DNA from: Candidatus Dormiibacterota bacterium
Lineage (GTDB): Bacteria > Chloroflexota > Dormibacteria > Aeolococcales > Aeolococcaceae
Length of the DNA stretch: 64,000 bases
Assembly: GCA_963709585.1 (NCBI GenBank)
Contig: CAVPXI010000004.1
Coordinates: forward strand, 192,001-256,000
Direction of reading: 5' to 3'
Shown here: positions 41,707-50,897 of the stretch, in pieces
Position numbering within the stretch: the first letter of the stretch is position 1
Layout of the letters: each line of letters starts with the position of its first letter
The notes under the pieces: model-generated
Database searches by the model: none
Seen by the model: only the letters and a program-made list of their open reading frames with translations
What the model was told of the DNA's origin: nothing
Position numbers and translations under genes: made by a program

Positions 41707-42723
41707 ATGATGCGGCAGGCGCTCGAGACGGTCGTAGCCGGCCGCTCACTGGATATTCCGACAGCTCGGGCGGTGATGGACACGATGATGGAGGGCAAGG
41801 CGTCAGCAGCCCAGGTGGGGGCGCTGGTTGCGGCGTTGCGCACCAAGGGCGAGACGGTCGATGAGCTCTCCGGCATGGTCGAGTCGATGCGAGCTCATGC
41901 CACACCGGTCCCCCTGCAAGTCGATGCCGTGGACACCTGCGGCACCGGCGGGGACGGCGCGGGGACGTTCAACATCTCGACCGCCGCGGCGCTGGTTGCC
42001 GCGGGTGCCGGCTGTCCGGTCGCGAAGCACGGCAACCGCGCGGCGTCATCACGGTGTGGCAGCGCAGACGTGCTCGAAGCTCTTGGCGTGGTGATCTCCC
42101 TCTCGCCGCAGGGCGTTCGCCGTTGCGTGGAAGAAGCCGGGATCGGCTTCCTGTTCGCTCCCGACTTTCACCCGGCGTTGCGCCACGTCGCCGCGGTCCG
42201 TCGCGAGCTCGGGATCCGGACGGTTTTCAACGTGCTCGGCCCGCTCGCGAATCCCGCTCGGGTTCGCCGTCAATCCCTGGGTGTTTCAAACGCGAGACTT
42301 GCGCCGATGATGGCCGAGGTGCTGCATCGATTGGGACACGTCCACGCGCTCGTCTTCACCGGCCCCGACGGCGTTGACGAGCTTGGGGTTGCCGGGAGCG
42401 CGCGATGCTTCGAGGTGACCGTCGAAGGCGTGCGCGATTTCGTCCTCGACCCGCGCGACGTCGGGCTCGAGGCGGCGCCGTTCGACGCTGTGCGCGGCGG
42501 TGATGCTGCGGCCAACGCCGCGACCATCCGGTCAGTTCTCGAAGGTGAGCGTGGACCGCGTCGTGACGTCGTGCTGCTCAACGCCGCGGCAGTCCTGGTC
42601 GCGGCCGACCACGTCACGACCCTTATCGACGGCGTCGCCGTCGCCGGCAGGTCGATCAACTCCGGCGCCGCAGGACGCTCATTGGAACAACTTGCTCGCG
42701 TCTCGCACGAGGAGGCCGCGTGA
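41707..42723 (+). CDS. trpD: Anthranilate phosphoribosyltransferase
   Basis: DTCGTGGDG..TFNIST, KHGNR..SS..GSADVLE, RTVFN.LGPL.NP. Confidence 0.96.
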   Translation: MMRQALETVVAGRSLDIPTARAVMDTMMEGKASAAQVGALVAALRTKGETVDELSGMVESMRAHATPVPLQVDAVDTCGTGGDGAGTFNISTAAALVAAGAGCPVAKHGNRAASSRCGSADVLEALGVVISLSPQGVRRCVEEAGIGFLFAPDFHPALRHVAAVRRELGIRTVFNVLGPLANPARVRRQSLGVSNARLAPMMAEVLHRLGHVHALVFTGPDGVDELGVAGSARCFEVTVEGVRDFVLDPRDVGLEAAPFDAVRGGDAAANAATIRSVLEGERGPRRDVVLLNAAAVLVAADHVTTLIDGVAVAGRSINSGAAGRSLEQLARVSHEEAA

Positions 42724-43415
42724 GCCGCGCGTCGTCGTTGCTCAGCCTGCAGCAGATCGACGATCGGATCGCGACGCTCACCTCCGATATCGCAGCGCTG
42801 GAAGCATCGCTCCGGGGCGATCCCGAGCTCGATCGCCTGCGTGCCGCCGAGGCCGCGGCCCACGAGGAGCACCGGACGCTCGGCGCCGGTGCGAGGCTCG
42901 CCGAGCTCGAGGCGGCCTCGCTGCAGGCGCGCATCCGCGAGCTGGACCGCCGTCTGTACGGGGGCACGGTGCGCAACCCCGCCGAGCTCATCGAGATGCA
43001 GCGCGAGCTCGGGGCGATGCGTGCGAGATTGTCCACGGCTGAGGACGACGCTCTCGAACGCATGGAGCAGGTGGATCGGTCCCTCGCGAACCTCCACAGC
43101 GCATCCGCCGGCGTGGCCGCACGTGAATCGCAACGAAGCAGCTCGATGGAACCGATGCGCGCACGTCTCGCCTCCCTGACCGCCGAGCGCGTTGTCCTGA
43201 CCGCCGAACGCGAAGCGCTGCGTGCCGAGGTGGACCCCGGCGATCTCTCGCTGTATGCGCGAATCGCCGCTCACCGCCGCCCTGCGGTGACCGGACTTGC
43301 GGGTGAGTTCTGTGCAGGGTGCCACATGCCGGTATCGAACGAGGAACGCCGTGCGGTGCGCACCGGGATCGGGCTCACGCAGTGCGCCAACTGCGATCGG
43401 ATCCTCGCCCCGTGA
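42720..43415 (+). CDS. Coiled-coil + C4 zinc-ribbon protein (CT398/DUF164 family)
   Basis: LLSLQQIDD, LYGG, CAGC...CANCDRIL. Confidence 0.88.
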   Translation: MSRASSLLSLQQIDDRIATLTSDIAALEASLRGDPELDRLRAAEAAAHEEHRTLGAGARLAELEAASLQARIRELDRRLYGGTVRNPAELIEMQRELGAMRARLSTAEDDALERMEQVDRSLANLHSASAGVAARESQRSSSMEPMRARLASLTAERVVLTAEREALRAEVDPGDLSLYARIAAHRRPAVTGLAGEFCAGCHMPVSNEERRAVRTGIGLTQCANCDRILAP

Positions 43416-43858
43416 CCGCGACCGTGATCGCCTACACCGACGGCGCCTGCTCCGGGAACCCGGGTGCCGGCGCATGGGCATACCGGATCGAGTGGCCCGA
43501 CGGCGCCATCGACGAAGCCGCCGGGGGTGGCCTCGACACCACCAACAATCGCGAGGAGTTGAAGGCGGTCCGCGAAGCGCTGCTGCGCATTCGCGCGCGC
43601 ACAGGTGACGATCCCGCGTGGCGGATCGTGGTGCGCACCGACAGCCTCGGCGTCATCAACTGGCTCACCGGGTCGTGGAAGCGCAAGAAGAATCTCGACC
43701 TTTACCCGACCATCGACCCGCTCATCGACAGCCGGGTGCGATTCGAGCACGTGCGCGGTCACAGTGGCAATCCGGGGAACGAACGCGTCGACAGCCTCGC
43801 GGTGGAGGAGACGCAGCGGATCATGGCCGGCCACGCCGGCGGAGGTGGTGCGCGATGA
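43412..43858 (+). CDS. rnhA: Ribonuclease HI
   Basis: YTDGACSGNPG, TTNNREEL, TDS, HVRGHSG..GNERVD. Confidence 0.95.
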   Translation: MTATVIAYTDGACSGNPGAGAWAYRIEWPDGAIDEAAGGGLDTTNNREELKAVREALLRIRARTGDDPAWRIVVRTDSLGVINWLTGSWKRKKNLDLYPTIDPLIDSRVRFEHVRGHSGNPGNERVDSLAVEETQRIMAGHAGGGGAR

Positions 43859-44751
43859 CATATTCGATAGTGGCTCGGGACCCGCAGACCGGAGACCTCG
43901 GCGTTGCGGTGCAATCCCACTGGTTCTCGGTGGGCTCGGGGGTGACCTGGGCGGAATCCGGTGTCGGTGCGATCGCCACCCAGTCGTTTGCGGAACCCGC
44001 CTACGGACCCCGCGGGCTCGCCCTCCTGCGCCTCGGCGTCGACCCGGTGACAGCGCTCGCGGCGCTCACCGGCGCGGACGCCGATCAGGGCCGCCGCCAG
44101 GTCGCCTTCGTCGACGCCGGTGGACGAGTAGCGGTGCACACTGGTGACCAGTGCATCGAGGCTGCCGGGCACGTAACCGCCGGCGGGGTCTCGTGTCAGG
44201 CGAACATGATGCGCGGTCCCGAGGTGTGGCCGGCGATGCTCGACGCGTACCGGGCGTCGGACGGCGATCTCGCCGATCGTTTAATGGCCGCGCTCGACGC
44301 CGCCGAGGCCGCGGGCGGCGACATTCGCGGGCGTCAGTCGGCGGCGATGCTGATCGTCAAGGCGACGGGTTCTGGCCAACCATGGCAGGATCGAATCGTC
44401 GACTTGCGCGTGGACGATGCGCCGGATCCGCTTGGCGAGCTGCGCCGCCTGCTGTCCGTGCACCGCGGCTACGAGCACATGGAGGTCGCCGAGCAGCGCG
44501 AGAACGCCGGTGACATGACCGGGAGTCTCGAGGCTTACGAGCGGGCGCGCACGCTGCTTGCCGGCAACGACGAGGCAACCTTCTGGGCGGCGATTCTCAT
44601 GGCCGGCGCCGGGCGAGCGGATGAGGCACGCGAGCTGCTCGCCGACATCACGTCGCGCGAACCCGGCTGGCGCGATCTGCTGCTGCGCCTGCCGGCGGCG
44701 GGGCTCCTGACCGACGGCGATTCGACGCTGGCGACCCTGCTGGGACAGTGA
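43855..44751 (+). CDS. DUF1028 (Ntn-hydrolase-like) protein with TPR-like tail
   Basis: MTYSIVARD, GVAVQS, ATQS, GGDIRGRQSAA, DLRVDD. Confidence 0.87.
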   Translation: MTYSIVARDPQTGDLGVAVQSHWFSVGSGVTWAESGVGAIATQSFAEPAYGPRGLALLRLGVDPVTALAALTGADADQGRRQVAFVDAGGRVAVHTGDQCIEAAGHVTAGGVSCQANMMRGPEVWPAMLDAYRASDGDLADRLMAALDAAEAAGGDIRGRQSAAMLIVKATGSGQPWQDRIVDLRVDDAPDPLGELRRLLSVHRGYEHMEVAEQRENAGDMTGSLEAYERARTLLAGNDEATFWAAILMAGAGRADEARELLADITSREPGWRDLLLRLPAAGLLTDGDSTLATLLGQ

Positions 44752-44758
44752 GGGGAGT

Positions 44759-45133
44759 GCAAGCCGGCCGATAAGCCGGGTTCTGTCCTCCTCCGCGCGG
44801 CGGATGAGGGACGGTCATCCATCTGGGACGCCGGTTGCCCGGCGCCTCGAGCGGCCCACCTGAGACGCGGGAAGCGAGCAACTCCTGAGCGCCGAAGCGC
44901 TCGGTCTCTGTTCGGCCTTGCTCCGGGCGGGGTTTACCTGGCCGGCCGGTCACCCGGCCGCCGGTGGGCTCTTACCCCACCATTTCACCGTTGCCCCGGA
45001 CAGGTCCGGGGCTGTGTCATTTCTGTGGCACTCTCCTTCGGGTCACCCCGACTGGGCGTTACCCAGCGCCCTGCTCTGCGGAGCCCGGACTTTCCTCGGA
45101 CGGCGTGCGTCCGCGACCGTCTGGCCGGCTTGC
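44759..45133 (-). ncRNA. rnpB: RNase P RNA (type A)
   Basis: Minus strand GAGGAAAGTCCGGGC, AGTGCCACAGAAA, GGTAAACCCC, GAGCAA, ACAGAACCCGGCTTA; terminal GCAAGCCGGCC/GGCCGGCTTGC helix P1. Confidence 0.97.
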
Positions 45134-45196
45134 GTGTCGAGTCTATCCTCTGGAGCTGCCGGACACGACATCCGCTTTGAGGAGGATCCGCCGACC

Positions 45197-45901
45197 ATGC
45201 ACAGGCGTCTGCTGCTCCACGCCGGGGGTGATGGGGCGTCCGCGCGCTCCGCGGTGATCGACCACCTTCGCGGGGCTCGCCGCGCGGTGATGATCCCGTA
45301 CGCCCAGAGCGACCACGATCGCGCGACAGCGCGGTTCGCCGAATGGCTCGCCCCACACGGCATCGAGATCGCCGGGGTGCACACCGGGGCCGATCCCGCC
45401 GCGGCCGTCGCCGGCGCCGAGGCGATCTTCGTCACCGGCGGCAACAGCTTCCGGCTGGTCAGCGCGCTCCATCGACTGTCGCTGATCGACCCGGTTCGTG
45501 CTGCGATCGACAGCGGGATTCCCTATTTCGGCGCGAGCGCCGGTGCCAACGTCGCGTGCCCGACCATCCGGACAACCAACGACATGCCGATCGTGCAACC
45601 ACCGAGCTTTGAGGCCTTCAACCTGGTGCCGTTCCAGATCAACCCCCATTACATCGATCCGCCGCCGCCAGAGGCCCGCATCGGCGAGACCCGCGAGGAA
45701 CGCTTGATCGAGTTCCTCGAGGAGAACGAAGCGACCGTGGTGGCGCTCCGGGAGCAGAGCTGGCTCGAGGTCGACGGCCCTTCGATGCGCTTGCGCGGGA
45801 CGGGCGGGGCAGTGCTGTTCCGGAGGGGCGCCGAGCCCGGGCAGCTGTCCGGCGGAGCGGATCTGTCCTGGCTGCTGCTGGAAACCCCGCGCTACGGGTG
45901 A
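45197..45901 (+). CDS. pepE: Dipeptidase E (peptidase S51)
   Basis: GGNSFRL, GASAGANVA.PTIRTTNDMPI, FQINPHY, GETREERL.EF. Confidence 0.93.
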   Translation: MHRRLLLHAGGDGASARSAVIDHLRGARRAVMIPYAQSDHDRATARFAEWLAPHGIEIAGVHTGADPAAAVAGAEAIFVTGGNSFRLVSALHRLSLIDPVRAAIDSGIPYFGASAGANVACPTIRTTNDMPIVQPPSFEAFNLVPFQINPHYIDPPPPEARIGETREERLIEFLEENEATVVALREQSWLEVDGPSMRLRGTGGAVLFRRGAEPGQLSGGADLSWLLLETPRYG

Positions 45902-45919
45902 TGCGTACATTTGTTTGCG

Positions 45920-45985
45920 TTGACGCCTCACCACACACCTGTTAGGGTTCGGCCCGCCGGTGGAGAAAAGTGGTGAGTAGTGGGG
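45920..45985 (+). promoter_or_regulatory. dcw promoter (TTGACG-N17-TAGGGT, extended TG) followed by three MraZ-binding repeats
   Basis: GTGG at 45960, 45970 and 45980, an exact 10-nt period. Confidence 0.85.
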
Positions 45986-45993
45986 ATACCGAC

Positions 45994-46497
45994 GTGACGA
46001 CGGCGAGGCTCGAGCAAACGCAGGTCGCTCTGCCTGCTCCAGCGCACTTCTGCGGAACTTACCGTCATCGTATCGACGAGAAGGGCCGCGTGGCGATTCC
46101 CGCTCAGCTGCGCCGCTTCCTCCCTGAAGGCAGTGTCGTCGCCCCAGGTCCCGAGCATCGCTTGATGATCTGGCCCCCGGACGAGTGGGCGATCCAGAAA
46201 GACCTCTTCCGGCGCACTGCTGAGACTCCCGCTCAGGAGCGTCGCTTCCTGCGCCGTCTCACCGGCAACAGCTACCCGTTCGAGCTCGATGCCCAGGGGC
46301 GTCTGCTCCTGTCGGCGCATCACCGGGCGTTCGCCCAGATCATCGACATGGTCGTCTTCGTCGGACTCGACACAGGCGTCGAGATCACCGCCGACGAGCG
46401 CTGGCAGGAGCAGGAAGAACTCGATCCCGACGAGTTCACCCAGGTCTGGGACCTGGTCCACCAGCGCGGCACGCCCGCATCTCCGTCTCCGGCGTGA
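45994..46497 (+). CDS. mraZ: Division/cell wall cluster repressor MraZ
   Basis: IDEKGRVAIP, LDAQGRLLL. Confidence 0.93.
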   Translation: MTTARLEQTQVALPAPAHFCGTYRHRIDEKGRVAIPAQLRRFLPEGSVVAPGPEHRLMIWPPDEWAIQKDLFRRTAETPAQERRFLRRLTGNSYPFELDAQGRLLLSAHHRAFAQIIDMVVFVGLDTGVEITADERWQEQEELDPDEFTQVWDLVHQRGTPASPSPA

Positions 46498-46524
46498 GCG
46501 CCCCAGACGGACCGGCCTCGTTAC

Positions 46525-47541
46525 ATGACCATCCCCCTGTCGTTCGTGGCCGGCATGGGGACGCTCGTCGGTGCCACGCCCGGTGCCCCGTCGCTTGACG
46601 GCGCGGGCCACCGGCCGGTCCTTCTCACACCCCTCATAGAGAGCCTGCAGCCCCGGCCCGGGCAGATCGCCGTCGACGCCACCTTTGGCGCCGGCGGGGT
46701 CACGGGCGCGCTTCTCGAGCGCGTCTCCCCGGGCGGCCGGGTGATCGCGATCGATCGCGATCAGAGCGCTGTCGACGCCGGTCGCGCCCGTTTCGGCGCA
46801 GGCGGCGCCATCGAGATCGTCCAGGGTGACTTCGCCGACCTCGAAGCCATCGTCCACGCGCACGGCGTGGCGGCGGCAGACGTCGTCGTCTTCGACCTCG
46901 GCATCTCGTCCCTCCAGCTCGACGACCCGGCCCGCGGCTTCAGCTTCCGCCTCGACGGGCCGCTCGACATGCGCATGAACCCGAGCTCCGGCATGACCGC
47001 CGCGCACCTTGTCGACTCGCTGACAGCGGACGAGCTGACCTCGATGATCCGTGACTACGGCGACGAGCGGTTCGCGCGATCGATCGCAACGCGAATCGTC
47101 AGAGCACGGGAGCGGACGCCGATCACCACCACGACGCAGCTTCGCGAGCTGGTCGAGCAGGTGGTGCCCCGGCGGTTCTGGCCGAAGCGGATCCACCCGG
47201 CGACGCGCACCTTCCAGGCGCTTCGCATCGCGGTGAATCACGAACTGGAAAGCCTCGAACGAGGCTTGCAGGCAGCGATCAGCATCCTCCGGCCCGGTGG
47301 GCGTCTTGGGGTCATCTCATTCCACTCTCTCGAGGACACCCTTGTAAAGAATGCACTCCACGTCGCAGCTCAGAATTGTGTCTGTCCGCCCCAACAGCCC
47401 CACTGCACCTGCGTCCACCGGGCCACACTCTTTCTCCTCACCCGCAAGGTGATCCGGCCGGATTCCGCGGAACTGGCCACGAATCCGAGATCGCGCTCGG
47501 CGCGCCTGCGGGTGGCGGAGAAGCTCGCCACCGAGGGGTGA
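46525..47541 (+). CDS. rsmH: 16S rRNA m4C1402 methyltransferase
   Basis: HRPVLL, DATFGAGG, DLGISSLQLD, PLDMRM, HPATRTFQALRI, FHSLED, NPRSRSA. Confidence 0.97.
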   Translation: MTIPLSFVAGMGTLVGATPGAPSLDGAGHRPVLLTPLIESLQPRPGQIAVDATFGAGGVTGALLERVSPGGRVIAIDRDQSAVDAGRARFGAGGAIEIVQGDFADLEAIVHAHGVAAADVVVFDLGISSLQLDDPARGFSFRLDGPLDMRMNPSSGMTAAHLVDSLTADELTSMIRDYGDERFARSIATRIVRARERTPITTTTQLRELVEQVVPRRFWPKRIHPATRTFQALRIAVNHELESLERGLQAAISILRPGGRLGVISFHSLEDTLVKNALHVAAQNCVCPPQQPHCTCVHRATLFLLTRKVIRPDSAELATNPRSRSARLRVAEKLATEG

Positions 47542-47580
47542 CGAGCGCCGCCACTTCTCTACGCCTCACTTCGCGCCCCA

Positions 47581-47606
47581 GGGGAGAGCCGCGCCTGGCT
47601 CTCCCC
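47581..47606 (+). other. Perfect 10-bp hairpin in the rsmH-ftsL spacer
   Basis: GGGGAGAGCC-N6-GGCTCTCCCC; no U-tract. Confidence 0.6.
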
Positions 47607-47689
47607 GCCACCACTCCCGTCGCCCGGCCCGGCACCGTCGGTGCCCCTCCATCGTCCACCTCAACGTTTCACCACTGGAGATCAGGGCA

Positions 47690-48172
47690 GTGCCCAACTT
47701 GCGTTTCGCACGTGGAGTCGACCGAGCGTCGACCCCGACGGCTGCCGGCGTCGACGACGTCCCATTCGAACCGCTGGTTCGGCGGCTTCGCATCCGTCGC
47801 GGCGGCCCGCGGACGCCGTTGCCATTGCTGCCGGTGATCGCGATCGCCGCCGGGATCGGCATCGCGTACGTCAACCAGACGGCGCACGTCACCACGGCCA
47901 CCTACCAGGCCACGCGCCTCGCCTCCCAACAGCAGCAGCTCGTTGCCCAGGACTCGCAGCTCAGCGCTGAGCTCTCCCGCCTGCAGTCGTCGGAGCGGAT
48001 CATCTTCGCGGCTCAGGAGATGGGCATGCGCCCGGCTGGGAAATGGGCGTTCGTCGTTTCGGCGCCGCATAACGTACTCACGTCGCCGCCCGCCGAGCAG
48101 CTCACCGGCAGCGACACCAACGGCACCCTGCAGCAGCTGATCGGCGCACTCGACGGTGCATGGGGTCGATGA
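47690..48172 (+). CDS. ftsL: FtsL-like cell division protein
   Basis: Single TM, leucine zipper, SERI..AQEMGM; sits between rsmH and ftsI. Confidence 0.75.
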   Translation: MPNLRFARGVDRASTPTAAGVDDVPFEPLVRRLRIRRGGPRTPLPLLPVIAIAAGIGIAYVNQTAHVTTATYQATRLASQQQQLVAQDSQLSAELSRLQSSERIIFAAQEMGMRPAGKWAFVVSAPHNVLTSPPAEQLTGSDTNGTLQQLIGALDGAWGR

Positions 48173-49941
48173 ACCCTCGCCGCCGCACGCCGGGCTCGGC
48201 ACGGTCGGCGCACGCGCACGCGCTCTCCGACGCGCCCGATCTGCGTCGTCGCGGGCTCTGGCTGGTGCTCGCGTTCCTCGCCATGGCAACCGCCGTCTTC
48301 GGCCGCCTGGTTCAGGTCCAGGTGATCCAGGGGAAGGCGCTCGCCCGCGCGGCAGCCGCGTCGCACACCACGTCGATCACGCTGCACGCCACTCGCGGCG
48401 TGATCCTCGACCGTAACGGACGCGTCCTGGTGAGCAACGTCCAGGTCTTCGACGTGTTCGCCGATCCCGCGCTCGTGCCGGCCGCGGATCGCGAGCAGGT
48501 GGCGGGCATGCTCGCCCCGATTCTGCAGCTCAGCGCGAGCCAGGTCCTGCGCGCTCTCAATCAGCCCAATCAGTTCGATTACCTCGCCAAGGGCGTCTCC
48601 CAGGATGTCAACGACAAGCTCCAGGCACTCGGCCTCAGCGGTGTCGGCACGATCCCGTCCGAGCAGACCGTCTACGATCCGTCGCCCGTGCCCGGCGATT
48701 CGTTCGCCGCCAACCTGCTCGGCTTCGTCAACGCCGGCGGTGTCGGTCAGTACGGCCTCGAGGGGTACTACAACTCGATCCTGTCCGGCGTCACCGGACA
48801 CGAGTCCACCCTGACCGACGTCAACGGCAACGCCATCGTCCTCAGCAGACAGCAGATGGTTCCTGCTAAAAATGGCGATAACCTGCAGCTCGGGCTCGAC
48901 TCGCAGATCCAGTACTGGGCCGACCTGGCGATCGCCAACGGGGTGAACTCGTCGAAGTCCACGTCGGGCACCCTGATGATCATGGACACCAAGACCGGGG
49001 CCATCGACGCCTGGGCCCAGTACCCCTCGTACAACGCCAACAACTTCGCCTCCGCGAGCATCGCGAACTTCCGCGACCTGGCGGTGACCCAGCCCTACGA
49101 ACCGGGTTCGATCATGAAGGTCATCACCTTCGCCGGTGGACTCAACAACAACGCCTTCACCCCGAGCACGGTCATCGACGAGAAGCAGCAGCGGATCGAT
49201 GGCTACCTCATCCATGACTGGGATCGGAAATCGCACGGCAACGTCACCATGCAGTGGGTGCTCGACAACTCACTGAACAACGGGGCCATCGACGCCGAGA
49301 AGATGGAAGGCCAGAACGCGTTCTACAACAACCTGCTCGCCTTTGGCATCGGCGCCCCCACCGGGATCGACCTGGCCGGCGAGGTCAACAACCCACTGGC
49401 GCCGGCGTCGTCGTGGAATGACCTGCGCTACGCCGAGGCCTCCTTCGGGCAGGGGCTCGTGACCACGCCGGTGGAGATGCTGGCCGCGGTGAACGCGGTC
49501 GCCAACGGCGGCATCTGGGTGCAGCCGCACGTCGTCGATGCCGTCGTCAACCCCAACACCGGCAAGGCCACGCCATTCGTGCCGGTGACCCGCCGCGTCA
49601 TCTCCGCCGCCGCCGCGAATACCCTCGCGCACATGATGGTGGGTGTGGTGAACGACCCGGGCGGCGAGGGCAAGCGGGCAAAGATCCCCGGATACAGCAT
49701 GGAGATCGCGGGCAAGACCGGCACAGCCCAGGTCGCGCTCCCCAACGGGGGAGGCTACGGCCCCAACGTGGTGGCGTCCTTCGTGGGTTTCCTGCCGGTC
49801 ACCAACCCGCAGTTCACCATGATGGTGATCCTGAACAACCCACAGGTGAGCGCCGGTAATCGGTTCGGCTCCATCCTCGCCGCGCCGATCTGGAAACAGA
49901 TGGCCGAGATGATGATCGACGACTGGCGCATCGAACCGTGA
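48169..49941 (+). CDS. ftsI: Class B penicillin-binding protein (FtsI/PBP2)
   Basis: RGVILDRNG, GLEGYY, YEPGSIMK, SLN, KTGTAQ. Confidence 0.92.
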   Translation: MNPRRRTPGSARSAHAHALSDAPDLRRRGLWLVLAFLAMATAVFGRLVQVQVIQGKALARAAAASHTTSITLHATRGVILDRNGRVLVSNVQVFDVFADPALVPAADREQVAGMLAPILQLSASQVLRALNQPNQFDYLAKGVSQDVNDKLQALGLSGVGTIPSEQTVYDPSPVPGDSFAANLLGFVNAGGVGQYGLEGYYNSILSGVTGHESTLTDVNGNAIVLSRQQMVPAKNGDNLQLGLDSQIQYWADLAIANGVNSSKSTSGTLMIMDTKTGAIDAWAQYPSYNANNFASASIANFRDLAVTQPYEPGSIMKVITFAGGLNNNAFTPSTVIDEKQQRIDGYLIHDWDRKSHGNVTMQWVLDNSLNNGAIDAEKMEGQNAFYNNLLAFGIGAPTGIDLAGEVNNPLAPASSWNDLRYAEASFGQGLVTTPVEMLAAVNAVANGGIWVQPHVVDAVVNPNTGKATPFVPVTRRVISAAAANTLAHMMVGVVNDPGGEGKRAKIPGYSMEIAGKTGTAQVALPNGGGYGPNVVASFVGFLPVTNPQFTMMVILNNPQVSAGNRFGSILAAPIWKQMAEMMIDDWRIEP

Positions 49942-50897
49942 GGGAGGCCATCCTCGTCGGCGTGCTCGCCTTCGTGGCGGGTGTTGTCCTGTATCCAGCG
50001 TTCATCGGCCTGCTGGTGCGATTCGGGGCGCGTCAGCACGTCGCCTCATACAGTCCGGCGAGCCACCGCGCCAAGGAGGGAACACCGACGCTCGGCGGCG
50101 CGCTGTTCTGCCTGGTGGTGCTGGTCGCCTGGCTCGCCGTCGATCGCTCCCGCCAGGGGTTCATCCCGATCTTCGCGCTGCTCGCCGGGGCGATCGCGGG
50201 CGCCCTCGACGACATCGTCAACATCAACGACGCCCGGCGGCTCGGGCTCTCGGTGTGGCAGAAGCTCGGCCTTCAGGGCGTCACCGGCGTGCTCGTCGGG
50301 GTCGGGCTGACCATCGCCGGGTTCACCCATCAGTTCTTTCCCGGGCTCGGCGCACCGAACCTCGGCTGGGGACTCGCGGTGGTGGTGGCGATCGCGGTGG
50401 TCGCCACCAGCAACGCCGTCAATCTCACCGACGGTGTCGACGGCCTGGCCGCGTCATGCACGTCGCTCGTGCTCGTCGGCATCACGATCATCGCGGTGAT
50501 GCGCGGCGACCTCTCGGTCGCGATCCTCGCCGCGGCACTCGCCGGGTCGGTGACCGCCTTCCTCCTCTTCAACTGGTTCCCGGCCCGGGTGTTCATGGGT
50601 GACGCGGGGTCGCTGGCGCTCGGATCCGCCATCGTCGCGCTGTCCGCGGAATTGCACCTCATCTGGTTGCTCCCGGTGCTTGGCATCGTCTTCGTGGTCG
50701 AGGCGGCGAGCGTCGTGGTCAACGTCACCGCGATACGAAGGTTCGGCACTCGAGTGCTGCGCGCGAGCCCGATCCACCATCACTTCGAGGAGCTCGGGCT
50801 CAGGGAGCAGCGACTCGTCGCCGCCTTCGCAGCGGCGGCGGCGGCCGGCGCGGCGATCACCGTGCTGTTCGCGCGCGTCGCCGGGCCGGCGTCGTGA
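49938..50897 (+). CDS. mraY: Phospho-MurNAc-pentapeptide transferase
   Basis: KEGTPTLGG, DD, NAVNLTDGVDGL, FMGDAGS, PIHHHFE. Confidence 0.96.
   Translation: MREAILVGVLAFVAGVVLYPAFIGLLVRFGARQHVASYSPASHRAKEGTPTLGGALFCLVVLVAWLAVDRSRQGFIPIFALLAGAIAGALDDIVNINDARRLGLSVWQKLGLQGVTGVLVGVGLTIAGFTHQFFPGLGAPNLGWGLAVVVAIAVVATSNAVNLTDGVDGLAASCTSLVLVGITIIAVMRGDLSVAILAAALAGSVTAFLLFNWFPARVFMGDAGSLALGSAIVALSAELHLIWLLPVLGIVFVVEAASVVVNVTAIRRFGTRVLRASPIHHHFEELGLREQRLVAAFAAAAAAGAAITVLFARVAGPAS

Noticed and set aside
44918-45196. N-terminal extension of the pepE ORF and ORFs over 44750-45140
   Set aside because: They overlap the RNase P RNA gene; the likely pepE start is ATG 45197 after GAGGAGG.
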